Assembly (NCBI GenBank): GCA_965249725.1
Contig: CBDFMQ010000001.1
Location: 347,723 to 411,722 of the forward strand
Reading direction: 5' to 3'
Source of the DNA: Longimicrobiales bacterium
GTDB taxonomy: Bacteria; Gemmatimonadota; Gemmatimonadetes; Longimicrobiales; Gaopeijiaceae
Length of the DNA stretch: 64,000 nucleotides
This document shows positions 40,704 to 50,100 of the stretch, piece after piece. Numbering within the stretch: position 1 is the first letter of the stretch; each line of letters starts with the position of its first letter. The translations under genes and the position numbers were made by a program. The notes beneath the pieces are model-generated. The model was given only the letters and a program-made list of their open reading frames with translations, was not told the origin of the DNA and made no database searches.

Positions 40704-41707
40704 GGCTGCTCGTCACCGGTGGGGCAGGGTTCATCGGCTCGAACCTGATCCGGTATCTCTTAGCGGAGCACACGGACATTGAGGTGGTGAACCTCGATCT
40801 GCTCACCTACGCCGGGAATCTTGACAATCTGAGGGACGTCGAGGACGACCCGCGGTATCGGTTCGTCCAGGGCGACATCTGTGACGCCGCCCTGGTGGGT
40901 GAGCTACTGGGTGACGTCGATGGAGTGATGCATCTGGCCGCCGAATCTCACGTGGACCGGTCCATTGTGGACGGCGCGCCGTTCGTGCGCACCAACGTGG
41001 TCGGTACGCATACGCTTCTTTCCGGCTGCCTCGCCGCACCACATGCGATTCGATTTGTCCAGGTCTCGACCGACGAGGTCTACGGGGAGCTTCCCTGGCG
41101 GGATCCGGCGGAGCCCGACGCTGATGCGCCACGGTTCACGGAGACGACGAGGTTGGCGCCCCGCTCACCCTATTCCGCCACGAAGGCAGCGGGGGATCTG
41201 CTTGCGCTGTCGTATCACCGCACCCACGGCCTGGACGTCGTGGTCGCGCGGTGTGGCAACAACTACGGGCCGTATCAGTTTCCGGAGAAGTTGATTCCGC
41301 TGATGGTCAACAAAGCGCTGAAGAGGGAGCCGTTACCCGTGTATGGGGACGGACTGAACGTGAGGGACTGGATCCATGTGGGCGACCACTGTCGCGGGCT
41401 GGACCTGGCGATGCGGAAGGGCAGGGCAGGTGAGGTCTACAACTTCGGCGGTGACGCGGAGCGGACCAACCTGCAGGTGGTTGCGGCGATTGTGGGTCAG
41501 ATTGGGGTCGATCCTGGATTGATCACCTTCGTGGAGGATCGCCTCGGTCACGATCGGCGTTATGCGGTGGATTCTTCGAAGGCTAAGGCGGAGCTGGGGT
41601 GGGAGGCATCCATCGACTTCGAGGAGGGGCTTGCCGAGACGATCTCGTGGTACGGTCGCAATGGGGCTTGGCTCGAGCGTATCGAAACGGGTGCGTACCG
41701 CAGGTGA
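40700..41707 (+). CDS. rfbB: dTDP-glucose 4,6-dehydratase
   Basis: TGGAGFIG, LTYAGN, AAESHVDRSI, STDEVYG, NNYGPYQFPEKLIP, DR.GHDRRY. Confidence 0.95.
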   Translation: MRLLVTGGAGFIGSNLIRYLLAEHTDIEVVNLDLLTYAGNLDNLRDVEDDPRYRFVQGDICDAALVGELLGDVDGVMHLAAESHVDRSIVDGAPFVRTNVVGTHTLLSGCLAAPHAIRFVQVSTDEVYGELPWRDPAEPDADAPRFTETTRLAPRSPYSATKAAGDLLALSYHRTHGLDVVVARCGNNYGPYQFPEKLIPLMVNKALKREPLPVYGDGLNVRDWIHVGDHCRGLDLAMRKGRAGEVYNFGGDAERTNLQVVAAIVGQIGVDPGLITFVEDRLGHDRRYAVDSSKAKAELGWEASIDFEEGLAETISWYGRNGAWLERIETGAYRR

Positions 41708-41866
41708 GGAGGGGCGGTCTGGCCCCCGAAAACGGTGCAATCTCGGTCCCTCTTGCATCGAAATCGTTGACTGGGATGGGCTGAACGGTAGGTTCAAGTC
41801 GAACTTGTTCTTAGATCCTTGCAGGACGGTCGGTTAGATAGTCACCGAGTCTCGACTGGAACGTAT

Positions 41867-42847
41867 ATGGCAGACACCATTTTGGTAACCGGCGGTGCCG
41901 GATTCATCGGCTCTCACCTGGTCCAGCAGCTGCTGGACCAAGGGAAGACCGTCTTTGTGGTCGACGATCTTTCCACCGGCTCTCTCGACAACCTGGCCGA
42001 CGTACGGCATCACACCTCACTGCATCTCGTCATCGACACGATCCTAAACCACCCGATGATGAATGACACCGTCGGCCAGGTGGACCAGGTGGTTCATCTC
42101 GCGGCGGCAGTGGGCGTGCGGAAGATCATCGAATTCCCTGTTGAGACGATCACGACCAACGTGCGAGGAACGGAAATCGTCCTCGACTGCTGCCACAAGC
42201 ACGGCACGCCGCTCTATCTCGCCTCCACCTCAGAGATCTACGGGAAGGGTGGGGACCAACTCCATGAGGAGCACGACCGGGTCATGGGGAGCACGACTCA
42301 CCGGAGATGGTCGTATGCTTGCACAAAGGCGCTGGACGAGTTCCTCGCCTTGGCGTACGCCCATGAGAAGGCGCTGCCCGTAGTGCTGGGACGGTTCTTC
42401 AATACCGTCGGCCCTAGACAGACCGGCGAGTGGGGCATGGTGGTTCCGACTTTCGTGACCCAAGCGCTCGCTGGGGAGCCGATCACGGTGTACGGCACAG
42501 GTGAGCAGCAGCGGTCGTTCTGTCACGTCGACGACTCGGTGCGCGCGGTTCTGGGGCTGCTCGACGCTCCAGAGGCCCTAGGCGAAGTGTTCAATATTGG
42601 GAACGAGCATGAGATCACGATCGGTGCGTTGGCTGAGCGTGTGCGGGATAAGGTTGGGTCCGACTCGGAGATCGTGGTGATTCCGTACGACGAGGCTTAC
42701 GGTGAGGGCTTCGAGGATATGGAGCGACGGCAGCCGGATACTACGAAGATCAGAGAACTGCTGGGATGGGAGCCGGAGAAGGGGATGGATGAGATTATTG
42801 ATGATGTGGTGGCGTTCTATCGGGTGAAGGCGTCGGCAGGGGCATGA
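41867..42847 (+). CDS. NAD-dependent epimerase/dehydratase (SDR)
   Basis: TGGAGFIG, HLAAAVGV, STSEIYG, RWSYACTK, RFFNTVGPRQ. Confidence 0.9.
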   Translation: MADTILVTGGAGFIGSHLVQQLLDQGKTVFVVDDLSTGSLDNLADVRHHTSLHLVIDTILNHPMMNDTVGQVDQVVHLAAAVGVRKIIEFPVETITTNVRGTEIVLDCCHKHGTPLYLASTSEIYGKGGDQLHEEHDRVMGSTTHRRWSYACTKALDEFLALAYAHEKALPVVLGRFFNTVGPRQTGEWGMVVPTFVTQALAGEPITVYGTGEQQRSFCHVDDSVRAVLGLLDAPEALGEVFNIGNEHEITIGALAERVRDKVGSDSEIVVIPYDEAYGEGFEDMERRQPDTTKIRELLGWEPEKGMDEIIDDVVAFYRVKASAGA

Positions 42848-42875
42848 GTGCGTCATATCCCAGGGGTAACTCACG

Positions 42876-43888
42876 TTGAGTGACCTAGAAGGCTGGCAGA
42901 AACTCGCGGACAGAGTGTATCGCCGCTTGGCGCGGCATCGTCGAGGGGTGGCACTTCTCGTTTATGCGTCGTTGATCATGACGGCGACGGTCCTGGCCTC
43001 GGCTTTTTCGGTCGGTTTGGACCCTCGGGCAGTCGTTTGGTCTGATTCTCTTCTGTTGGGTTCTCTCCTGGTGCTGGTGCGGCTCCCCCTCTACTGGTGG
43101 GGACGACTCGGGATCGGGCGATGGCGGTTTGTCGGGGTAGGGGAGGTGTTGCGGCTCGGGGGGGCGACGGTCCTCGGATCGACTCTCGTTGGCCTCATGG
43201 CGGCCCAAGTCCCTGGGTTTGATCCGACGGTGTCGACGGTCCTTCTCGAGATGGTCTTCTCGATGGTTCTTATCTGCGGAGTTTGGATCGCCTATCGGGC
43301 CCTTTTTGAGTATGGCCGACGACTGCGCGGACTGAGGGACTCAAGGTTGGGCTCGAATCACCAGAAGCGCCGTCGTGTTCTTGTCGCTGGTGCCGGCGAG
43401 GGCGGCAGGATGATCGTTCACCAAATGCTCCGGTCCGGGGAGGACGTCGATATCATTGGCTTCGTGGATGACGACCCCCTGAAGTGGGGAACGGCCATCC
43501 ATGGTAGAGAGGTCATTGGGTCGATCGAGACGCTGCCTGCAATAGTGCAGCATGAAGGGGTAGATGAACTCCTCATCGCGATGCCCTCCGCTAAGCCCAA
43601 GGACCTCCGCCGAATCGTCGATTTGTGTGGTGAGTTTGAGATCCGATTCCGTGTGCTACCGGGAATTGATGAGGTGTTGCGGGGAGGCGTCTCCTTGGAT
43701 CAGATACGTGAGATCCGCATCGACGATCTGCTTGGGCGGGATCCGATTCAGTTGGAGCTACCCGAATTAGAGGCGGACCTGAAGGGCAAGACGGTCCTCA
43801 TCACCGGGGCAGCGGGTTCCATCGGATCTGAGTTGGCCCGCCAGATCCTGCTTCACCACCCTGCGGAGCTGATTCTCCTGGCGGAGCC
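42876..43888 (+). pseudogene. PglF/CapD-like membrane-bound nucleotide-sugar dehydratase, 3'-truncated by IS
   Basis: Four TM segments, [36 protein letters not shown], then an abrupt junction into IS sequence. Confidence 0.88.
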
Positions 43889-43921
43889 TGTCAACGCCAG
43901 TGAGACACTCTTGGGAATTAA

Positions 43922-44929
43922 TTAGAGAGCAATCTCCTGTGTCGTGAGGGAGGGGGTTGGAGGATTGATCCAGACGGCCTCCGGGAGCGGTTTGGGCTTC
44001 GGCTCACCGGAGACGAAGCGGTCGGGATGAGCGGCCCAGGCCTCGCGTAGCACGGCCTGCCTGCCGGCGATGACCTGATCTGCATTCCCGAAGTGGACCT
44101 GTTCGGGGGTCAGCATCGAGATACCACCATGGCGGTGCTCGGCGTTGTACCAGCGGAAGAACGAGCGACAGAAGGTTTTGGCCTGGCCCTGATCCTCGAA
44201 CCGTCCAGGAAACGAGGGATGGTACTTCAAGGTCTTGAACTGGGCTTCGGAGAACGGATTGTCATCCGACACCTGAGGTCGGCTCAGCGAGCGGGTCACC
44301 CCGAGATCGGCGAGGAGCTGAGCCGTGCATTGGCTCGTCATCGGAGCTCCTCGATCCGAGTGCAAGGTCAGGACCTGGGGCTGGACGCCATGCTTCAGGC
44401 AACTCTGCTGGATCAGGCGCCCGGCCAAGGCCGAGCTCTCCCGATCCGCCACCATCCATCCCACGATGTAGCGGCTGAAGATGTCCATGATAACGTAGAG
44501 GTAGAAGTAGCTCCACTTCCTCGGCCCCAGCAGCCGTGTGATATCCCAGGACCAGACCTGGCCCGGGCCCGTCGCCATCAACTCGGGTTTCTGGTATTCG
44601 GGATGACTCCGCTGCGCTCGGCGCTCTCGAACTGGCACTTGGGAGGCCAGAACGCGATACATCGTACGTTCGCTGCACAGGTAGACGTCTTCGTCGAGCA
44701 GGGTCGCCACAACCTCGGCCGGGGACCGGTCCACGAATCGCTCCGAACACAGCGTGTCGAAGACCTTGTCTCGTTCCTTCTCGCTCAAGGCACGGGCTGG
44801 GGTCGGGCGGGGCTGCTGATGCCCGGTCGATGGCCTCCGACGACGATAGAACGTGGCTCGGGCGACCCTGAGCGCATCGCACGCGGGCTTTACCCCTACG
44901 TACGTGGCCAGCGCCTCGGCCGCCTTCAC
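43922..44929 (-). CDS. IS3-family transposase OrfB (DDE integrase core)
   Basis: WSWDIT, DIFSRYIVGW, HSDRG, DN.FSEAQFKTLK, WYN.EHRH. Confidence 0.9.
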   Translation of the reverse strand: MKAAEALATYVGVKPACDALRVARATFYRRRRPSTGHQQPRPTPARALSEKERDKVFDTLCSERFVDRSPAEVVATLLDEDVYLCSERTMYRVLASQVPVRERRAQRSHPEYQKPELMATGPGQVWSWDITRLLGPRKWSYFYLYVIMDIFSRYIVGWMVADRESSALAGRLIQQSCLKHGVQPQVLTLHSDRGAPMTSQCTAQLLADLGVTRSLSRPQVSDDNPFSEAQFKTLKYHPSFPGRFEDQGQAKTFCRSFFRWYNAEHRHGGISMLTPEQVHFGNADQVIAGRQAVLREAWAAHPDRFVSGEPKPKPLPEAVWINPPTPSLTTQEIAL

Positions 44930-45378
44930 GAGTTCGTCCCGTCCTTGAGGCTCAATCCCAGCAGCCCTGCAACTTTTCCCTGGACGTCGAGGATCAGGCG
45001 CGCCTTCTCGAGTTCCTTCTCCAGGCGAGTGTTCTCGCGCTCCAGCTTGCGCACTTTCCCCTCCAGCGGATTCCGTTCGCTCGGCTTTCGACCTCGTCTC
45101 TTCGACAGCGCTCTCAGCGACCCACTCCGCACCGCCTTGCGCCATGTCGTCAGGTGCGACGAGTACAAGCCCTCCCGTCGCAGGAGTCGCCCTACCTCTC
45201 CCGGCTCCGTGCACCGGTCCGCTTCTTCGACGACCCGCAGCTTGTACGACGGACTAAACCGTCGGCGCGTCGGCTTATCTACCACCTCCGCGTCCGGAGC
45301 AGCTGCCGCGCTTCGCTTACCCTCCCAGGTTAGTGGGGCGATTCCATTCTCTTCCATTCTCTCTCGGTGTCTCAGCAT
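44926..45378 (-). CDS. IS3-family transposase OrfA (HTH)
   Basis: RRRFS..YKLR, LLRREGLYSSHL..WR, LERENTRL; GGGAAAA slippery-like site near the 3' end. Confidence 0.88.
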   Translation of the reverse strand: MLRHRERMEENGIAPLTWEGKRSAAAAPDAEVVDKPTRRRFSPSYKLRVVEEADRCTEPGEVGRLLRREGLYSSHLTTWRKAVRSGSLRALSKRRGRKPSERNPLEGKVRKLERENTRLEKELEKARLILDVQGKVAGLLGLSLKDGTNS

Positions 45379-45451
45379 CCTCGGTTTCTCTGCCTTCGCC
45401 CTACTCTAATTCTTTACTCGTTCCGTGTCTCACCTAAGTTGGCAGAGAGGG

Positions 45452-45592
45452 GGGATCTCCAGCCCCTATGAGGTGCCCGCGGCCCCCGAGATGCATGTGC
45501 GGACCCTGGGACGAGAGGTAGAGGACATCGTGTCCGACGTGATCGACGAACTGAGCGACCGGGGGATCATCCCCGCAATAGAAGGGCGATAA
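45452..45592 (+). pseudogene. cysC: C-terminal remnant of adenylyl-sulfate kinase (CysC)
   Basis: Manual translation GISSPYEVPAAPEMHVRT...VEDIVSDVIDEL..RGII* matches the CysC (FT)GIxxPYExP tail; its stop overlaps the ugd ATG (TAATG). Confidence 0.72.
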
Positions 45593-46914
45593 TGCACGTA
45601 GCAGTCATAGGAACCGGATACGTCGGCCTAGTCGCCGGCGCCTGCCTCGCAGAAACCGGCAACGACGTAGTCTGTGCGGACATCATCGAGGACAAGATCA
45701 CCCGCCTGAACGCAGGCGAGATCCCCATATACGAGCCTGGCCTCGAGCCCTTGGTCGCCCGAAACCTCCGCTCCGGTCGCCTCACGTTCACCACTGACAT
45801 CCCGGCCGCTGTCCAGGCCTCCGACGTCATCTTCATAGCCGTCGGAACTCCGCCCGACGAGGATGGTTCAGCCGATCTCCAACACGTCCTGGAAGCCGCC
45901 CGCACCATCGGCCGGGCCATGAACGGCGACAAGATCGTCATCACCAAGAGCACCGTGCCCGTGGGGACGGCCGCTAAGGTCCGGGAGGCCGTCGAGCGTG
46001 AAACGGAGCACAAAGTCCACGTCTGCTCCAACCCCGAGTTCCTCAAGGAGGGAGCCGCCGTCGAGGACTTCATGAAGCCCGATCGCGTGGTCCTGGGGGT
46101 CGATAGCGAATACGCAGCCGAGGTCATGCGCGACCTCTACTCCCCGTTCGTTCGCACGGGCAACGCCGTCCTGATCATGGACATCGCCTCGGCGGAGATC
46201 ACCAAGTACGCCGCGAACGCCATGCTGGCCACGCGCATCAGCTTCATGAACGCCGTGGCGGGCCTCTGCGAGAAGACGGGCGCCGACGTGAACATGGTCC
46301 GAAAGGGGATCGGCAGTGACGAGCGCATCGGCTCACGATTCCTCTTCCCGGGTGTGGGATACGGGGGTTCGTGTTTCCCGAAGGACGTAAAGGCGCTCAT
46401 CCAGACCATGGGGGATCTGGGGGCGGACCCGTCGATCTTGCAGGCGGTCGACGAGCTGAACGACGGCCAAAAGGGGTTGCTACTCCGACTACTCGCCGAA
46501 CGCCTCGGTGAGGACCTGGCGGGGAAGACCGTCGCAGTGTGGGGCCTGGCCTTCAAGGCCAACACAGACGACATGCGCGAAGCCCCGAGCCTGGTGACGA
46601 TCGAGGGGCTGCTCGAACGCGGCGCCCGCGTCGTGGCCAATGACCCGGAGGCGATGAAGGAAGCCCAGCGGCACTTCGGCGACCGAGTAGAGCTCACCGA
46701 GGACGCATACGGCGCCTTGGGTGGGGCCGATGCCCTGGTCATCCACACAGAATGGAATCCGTACCGCCGACCGGACTTCGACCGGATGAAGGCCGCTCTG
46801 GTACAGCCGCTCGTATTCGACGGTCGAAACCTGTACGATCCGGAGCGGATGGCGGGGATGGGGTTCGAGTACCATTCCGTGGGTCGGCCTCCGACTGGGG
46901 TGGTGCCCGAGTAG
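45592..46914 (+). CDS. ugd: UDP-glucose 6-dehydrogenase
   Basis: GTGYVG, KSTVPVGT, NPEFLKEG, KYAANA, GYGGSCFPKD, FKANTDDMRE, DGRN. Confidence 0.95.
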   Translation: MHVAVIGTGYVGLVAGACLAETGNDVVCADIIEDKITRLNAGEIPIYEPGLEPLVARNLRSGRLTFTTDIPAAVQASDVIFIAVGTPPDEDGSADLQHVLEAARTIGRAMNGDKIVITKSTVPVGTAAKVREAVERETEHKVHVCSNPEFLKEGAAVEDFMKPDRVVLGVDSEYAAEVMRDLYSPFVRTGNAVLIMDIASAEITKYAANAMLATRISFMNAVAGLCEKTGADVNMVRKGIGSDERIGSRFLFPGVGYGGSCFPKDVKALIQTMGDLGADPSILQAVDELNDGQKGLLLRLLAERLGEDLAGKTVAVWGLAFKANTDDMREAPSLVTIEGLLERGARVVANDPEAMKEAQRHFGDRVELTEDAYGALGGADALVIHTEWNPYRRPDFDRMKAALVQPLVFDGRNLYDPERMAGMGFEYHSVGRPPTGVVPE

Positions 46915-47008
46915 GGTTCCATCCAGACATCGTCCGGCCAACGAGATTGACTTACCTTGCCACGAGCGGGAACGAACGCGTTGCTGGTGGGCACCTCCCA
47001 GAGGCCAG

Positions 47009-47611
47009 ATGACCAAGAGCGAATACCTGGAGTTGGTGGAATTCATCGCACCCCGATTCGACGCCATCGATCAGCGGTTCGACGCGGTGGATCAGCGCTT
47101 CGACGCGGTGGACGTGCGCTTCGACGCGATGGACGTGCGCTTCGACGCCATGGACGGGCGTTTCGATGCGATGGACGGGCGCTTCGATGCGATGGACGGG
47201 CGCTTCGACGCCATGGACGGGCGTTTCGATGCGATGGACGGGCGCTTCGACGCCATGGACGGGCGTTTCGATGCGATGGACGGGCGCTTCGATGCGATGG
47301 ACGGGCGCTTCGACGCCATGGACGGGCGTTTCGATGCGATGGACGGGCGCTTTGACGCGATGGACGAGCGCTTCGACGCGATGGACGTGCGCACCGATAC
47401 CATGGATGGGCGTCTCCTCCGTGTGGAGATCCTCGGGGAAGACACGCGCCATCAAGTTCAAATCGTGGCTGAGTCGGTGTCGGGAGTCGATGGCAAGATC
47501 GAGGCGCTCCGATCCGACATGAACGCCGGATTCCGCGATGTTCGAGAGTTGTTGCAGACTTCCTATACGGACTTGGACCGGAGGGTAACGCGCCTCGAAG
47601 AGGGCCGGTAG
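47009..47611 (+). CDS. Heptad-repeat coiled-coil protein A (17 RFDAMDx heptads)
   Basis: 200 aa; GAGG RBS; 15-aa head, 119-aa repeat, 66-aa tail; paralogous to the next gene. Confidence 0.85.
   Translation: MTKSEYLELVEFIAPRFDAIDQRFDAVDQRFDAVDVRFDAMDVRFDAMDGRFDAMDGRFDAMDGRFDAMDGRFDAMDGRFDAMDGRFDAMDGRFDAMDGRFDAMDGRFDAMDGRFDAMDERFDAMDVRTDTMDGRLLRVEILGEDTRHQVQIVAESVSGVDGKIEALRSDMNAGFRDVRELLQTSYTDLDRRVTRLEEGR
47054..47410 (+). repeat. In-frame 21-bp tandem repeat x17
   Basis: Consensus cgcttcgacgcgatggacggg; includes an exact 105-bp duplication (47138-47242 = 47243-47347). Confidence 0.97.
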
Positions 47612-47616
47612 TACAG

Positions 47617-47973
47617 ATGACCAAGTCCGAATACCAGGAGCTGGTTGAGTTCATCGCCCCGCAGTTCCATCGCATCGGTCAGCGCTTCGACGCGGTGGAC
47701 GAACGCTTCGACGCGATGGACGAACGCTTCGACGCGATGGACGAACGCTTCGACGCGATGGACGAACGTCTCCTCCGTGTGGAGATCCTCGGGGAAGACA
47801 ACCGCCATCAGATCCAGATGGTGGCCGAGTCCGTCATCGGCGTCGGCGAGAGACTCGACGCGTTCCGGACCGAAGTGGCGGGTGAGTTTCAGGAAGTTCG
47901 TGAGCTGATCAACACCTCCCACGCTGAGTTGGACCGCCGGGTGACGATCCTCGAAGACCGCCCGAACTCCTGA
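47617..47973 (+). CDS. Heptad-repeat coiled-coil protein B (5 heptads)
   Basis: 118 aa; same [14 protein letters not shown] head and [14 protein letters not shown]...LDRRVT.LE tail as gene A. Confidence 0.85.
   Translation: MTKSEYQELVEFIAPQFHRIGQRFDAVDERFDAMDERFDAMDERFDAMDERLLRVEILGEDNRHQIQMVAESVIGVGERLDAFRTEVAGEFQEVRELINTSHAELDRRVTILEDRPNS
47683..47766 (+). repeat. In-frame 21-bp tandem repeat x4
   Basis: cgcttcgacgcg(g/a)tggacgaa x4. Confidence 0.95.
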
Positions 47974-47974
47974 C

Positions 47975-48943
47975 ATGAACCGCGTCCTCATCACCGGCGC
48001 CGCCGGCTTCCTCGGCTCACACCTGGCCGATCGGTTCCTTCTGGAGGGCTACCACGTCATCGGCGTCGACAACTTCATCACGGGCTCGCAAGAGAACGTC
48101 GCGATCCTGCAGAAGAGCGAGCACTTCTCCTTCATCCGCCACGACATCTCTACGCCCCTGTACGTCGACGAAGAGCTGGACGGAGTCCTCCACTTCGCAT
48201 CGCCGGCCAGCCCGGTGGATTACCTGGAGCTCCCCATCCAGACGCTCAAGGTGGGCAGCCTAGGCACCCACAACATGCTGGGACTCTGCTTGGCGAAGTC
48301 GGCGCGATTCCTCCTTGCCTCCACCTCGGAAGTGTACGGAGATCCGGACGTTCACCCCCAGCACGAGGGCTACTGGGGCAACGTGAACCCGGTCGGCCTC
48401 CGAGGCGTCTACGACGAGGCCAAGCGGTTCGCAGAGGCCATGACCATGGCCTATCACCGGTACCACGGGGTGGAGACGAGGATCGTACGGATCTTCAACA
48501 CCTATGGCCCCCGTATGCGTCCGGCCGACGGGCGTGTGGTCTCTAACTTCATCGTCCAGGCGCTCCGCGGTGAGCCCCTGACCATCTACGGGGACGGCTC
48601 CCAGACGCGCTCCTTCTGCTACGTCGACGACGAGGTCGAGGGCATCTTCCGGCTCTTTCACTCCGACCGGACGGACCCCACCAACATCGGCAACCCGCAC
48701 GAGTTTACGATTGCGGAGCTTGCACAGTTGGTGCTCGAGGAGACGGGGTCGGACTCGGGCATCGAGACGCTGCCGCTCCCCGAGGACGATCCCAAGGTCC
48801 GGCAACCGGACATCTCTGTGGCCATGGACATTCTGGGTTGGGAAGCGATCACTACGCTCCACGAAGGGCTCAAGAAGACCATCCCCTACTTCCGGGAGCT
48901 TGTAGAGTCGCAGGACGCCAAGGCCCGGACGCTGTCGGACTGA
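47975..48943 (+). CDS. UDP-glucuronate decarboxylase (UXS-like SDR)
   Basis: [55 protein letters not shown]. Confidence 0.9.
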   Translation: MNRVLITGAAGFLGSHLADRFLLEGYHVIGVDNFITGSQENVAILQKSEHFSFIRHDISTPLYVDEELDGVLHFASPASPVDYLELPIQTLKVGSLGTHNMLGLCLAKSARFLLASTSEVYGDPDVHPQHEGYWGNVNPVGLRGVYDEAKRFAEAMTMAYHRYHGVETRIVRIFNTYGPRMRPADGRVVSNFIVQALRGEPLTIYGDGSQTRSFCYVDDEVEGIFRLFHSDRTDPTNIGNPHEFTIAELAQLVLEETGSDSGIETLPLPEDDPKVRQPDISVAMDILGWEAITTLHEGLKKTIPYFRELVESQDAKARTLSD

Positions 48944-49000
48944 GGTGGTGAATCCCTCGCTGTATTCGCGCGATGAGCCTCCGTTGAAGGGCCTCTCTCG

Positions 49001-49975
49001 ATGAGCCGGAACGCATCACTCGTTCCTGCGGGAGCGAGCTACCTCATCACCGGCGGGGCCGGGTTCATTGGCTCCAACCTCGTGGAGACGCTGGTCGACG
49101 CCGGCGCGACAGTCCGCGTCCTGGACGACTTCTCGACCGGGCGTCAGGAGAACCTGGACGGCCTCTGGGACCGAATCGAGATGATGGAAGGCTCCATCAC
49201 TGATCCCGTCATGTGTGCTGAAGCCTGTGAGGGCATGGACTACGTTCTCCACCAGGCCGCCATCCCCTCGGTCCCACGGAGTGTGGCGGACCCCGCCACC
49301 AGCCATGCGGTCTCCGCGACGGGCACGCTCAACATGCTCATCGCCGCCCGAGACGCCGACGTGAAGCGCTTCGTCTACGCGGCGTCCAGCTCCGCCTACG
49401 GCGACACCCCCACGCTCCCCAAGGTGGAGGACATGCCGTCCCAGCCGCGCTCTCCCTACGCGGTAGCCAAGCTCACGGGCGAGCACTACTGCCAGGCGTT
49501 CTCAGTGGTATACGGCTTCGAGACGGTATCGCTCCGCTACTTCAACATCTTCGGTCCCAGGCAGGACCCCACGTCCCAGTACTCGGCTGTGATTCCGCTG
49601 TTCATCACCAAGGCGATGGCGGGCGAGGCCCCCACCATCGACGGAGACGGAGGGCAGACCCGCGACTTCACCCACGTGGCCAATGCGGTACGAGCCAACC
49701 TCCTCGCCTGCACCGCTCCGGCGGACGCGGTCTCAGGCCAGGTCTTCAACGTGGGATGTGGCGACCGCATCTCGATCAATCAGCTCTGGGAAGCCATCCA
49801 GGAGGCCACAAAGGCACCTGTGGATGCGGTTCACGGGCCGGCAAGGGAGGGAGACGTTCGCGATTCTCTGGCCTGTCTTGAACGAGCCCGCGAACGCTTG
49901 GGATACGAGGTGACGGTGCCCCTTGATGAGGGGCTCCAACGGACCGTCGAGTGGCTCGAGGCCCACCCAGGGTGA
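49001..49975 (+). CDS. NAD-dependent nucleotide-sugar 4-epimerase (WbpP-like SDR)
   Basis: TGGAGFIG, HQAAIPSVPRS, ASSSAYG, SPYAVAK, RYFNIFGPRQDP, YSAVIP. Confidence 0.9.
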   Translation: MSRNASLVPAGASYLITGGAGFIGSNLVETLVDAGATVRVLDDFSTGRQENLDGLWDRIEMMEGSITDPVMCAEACEGMDYVLHQAAIPSVPRSVADPATSHAVSATGTLNMLIAARDADVKRFVYAASSSAYGDTPTLPKVEDMPSQPRSPYAVAKLTGEHYCQAFSVVYGFETVSLRYFNIFGPRQDPTSQYSAVIPLFITKAMAGEAPTIDGDGGQTRDFTHVANAVRANLLACTAPADAVSGQVFNVGCGDRISINQLWEAIQEATKAPVDAVHGPAREGDVRDSLACLERARERLGYEVTVPLDEGLQRTVEWLEAHPG

Positions 49976-50100
49976 GGTCCCCCCCACCGGACCCCGGCCC
50001 GAACTTTGCGGTACACTCCTGCATGATCACGAGACCTGACCGGACAGCGCGCATTGGCGACCCCGCACCGCCACCGCGCCCGGCCCGCCGCCCCCTGACG

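Larger units (their letters stand above)
43889..45444 (-). mobile_element. IS3-family insertion sequence
   Basis: Imperfect terminal IRs (tgtcaacgccagtgagacac vs reverse complement tgccaacttaggtgagacac); orfA plus orfB; no flanking direct repeat; exact ends uncertain by a few bp. Confidence 0.85.

Noticed and set aside
41767..41794. Possible promoter TTGACT-16-TAGGTT before the SDR gene at 41867
   Set aside because: Weak -10 match and short spacer; plausible but not supportable from sequence alone
47054..47766. 21-bp repeat arrays as a CRISPR array
   Set aside because: Units are contiguous with no unique spacers, vary mainly at synonymous positions within an ORF, and no cas genes are present
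47009..47973. Paralogue pair as a DGR template/variable repeat
   Set aside because: No reverse transcriptase in the window; differences are not adenine-specific; both copies are intact ORFs
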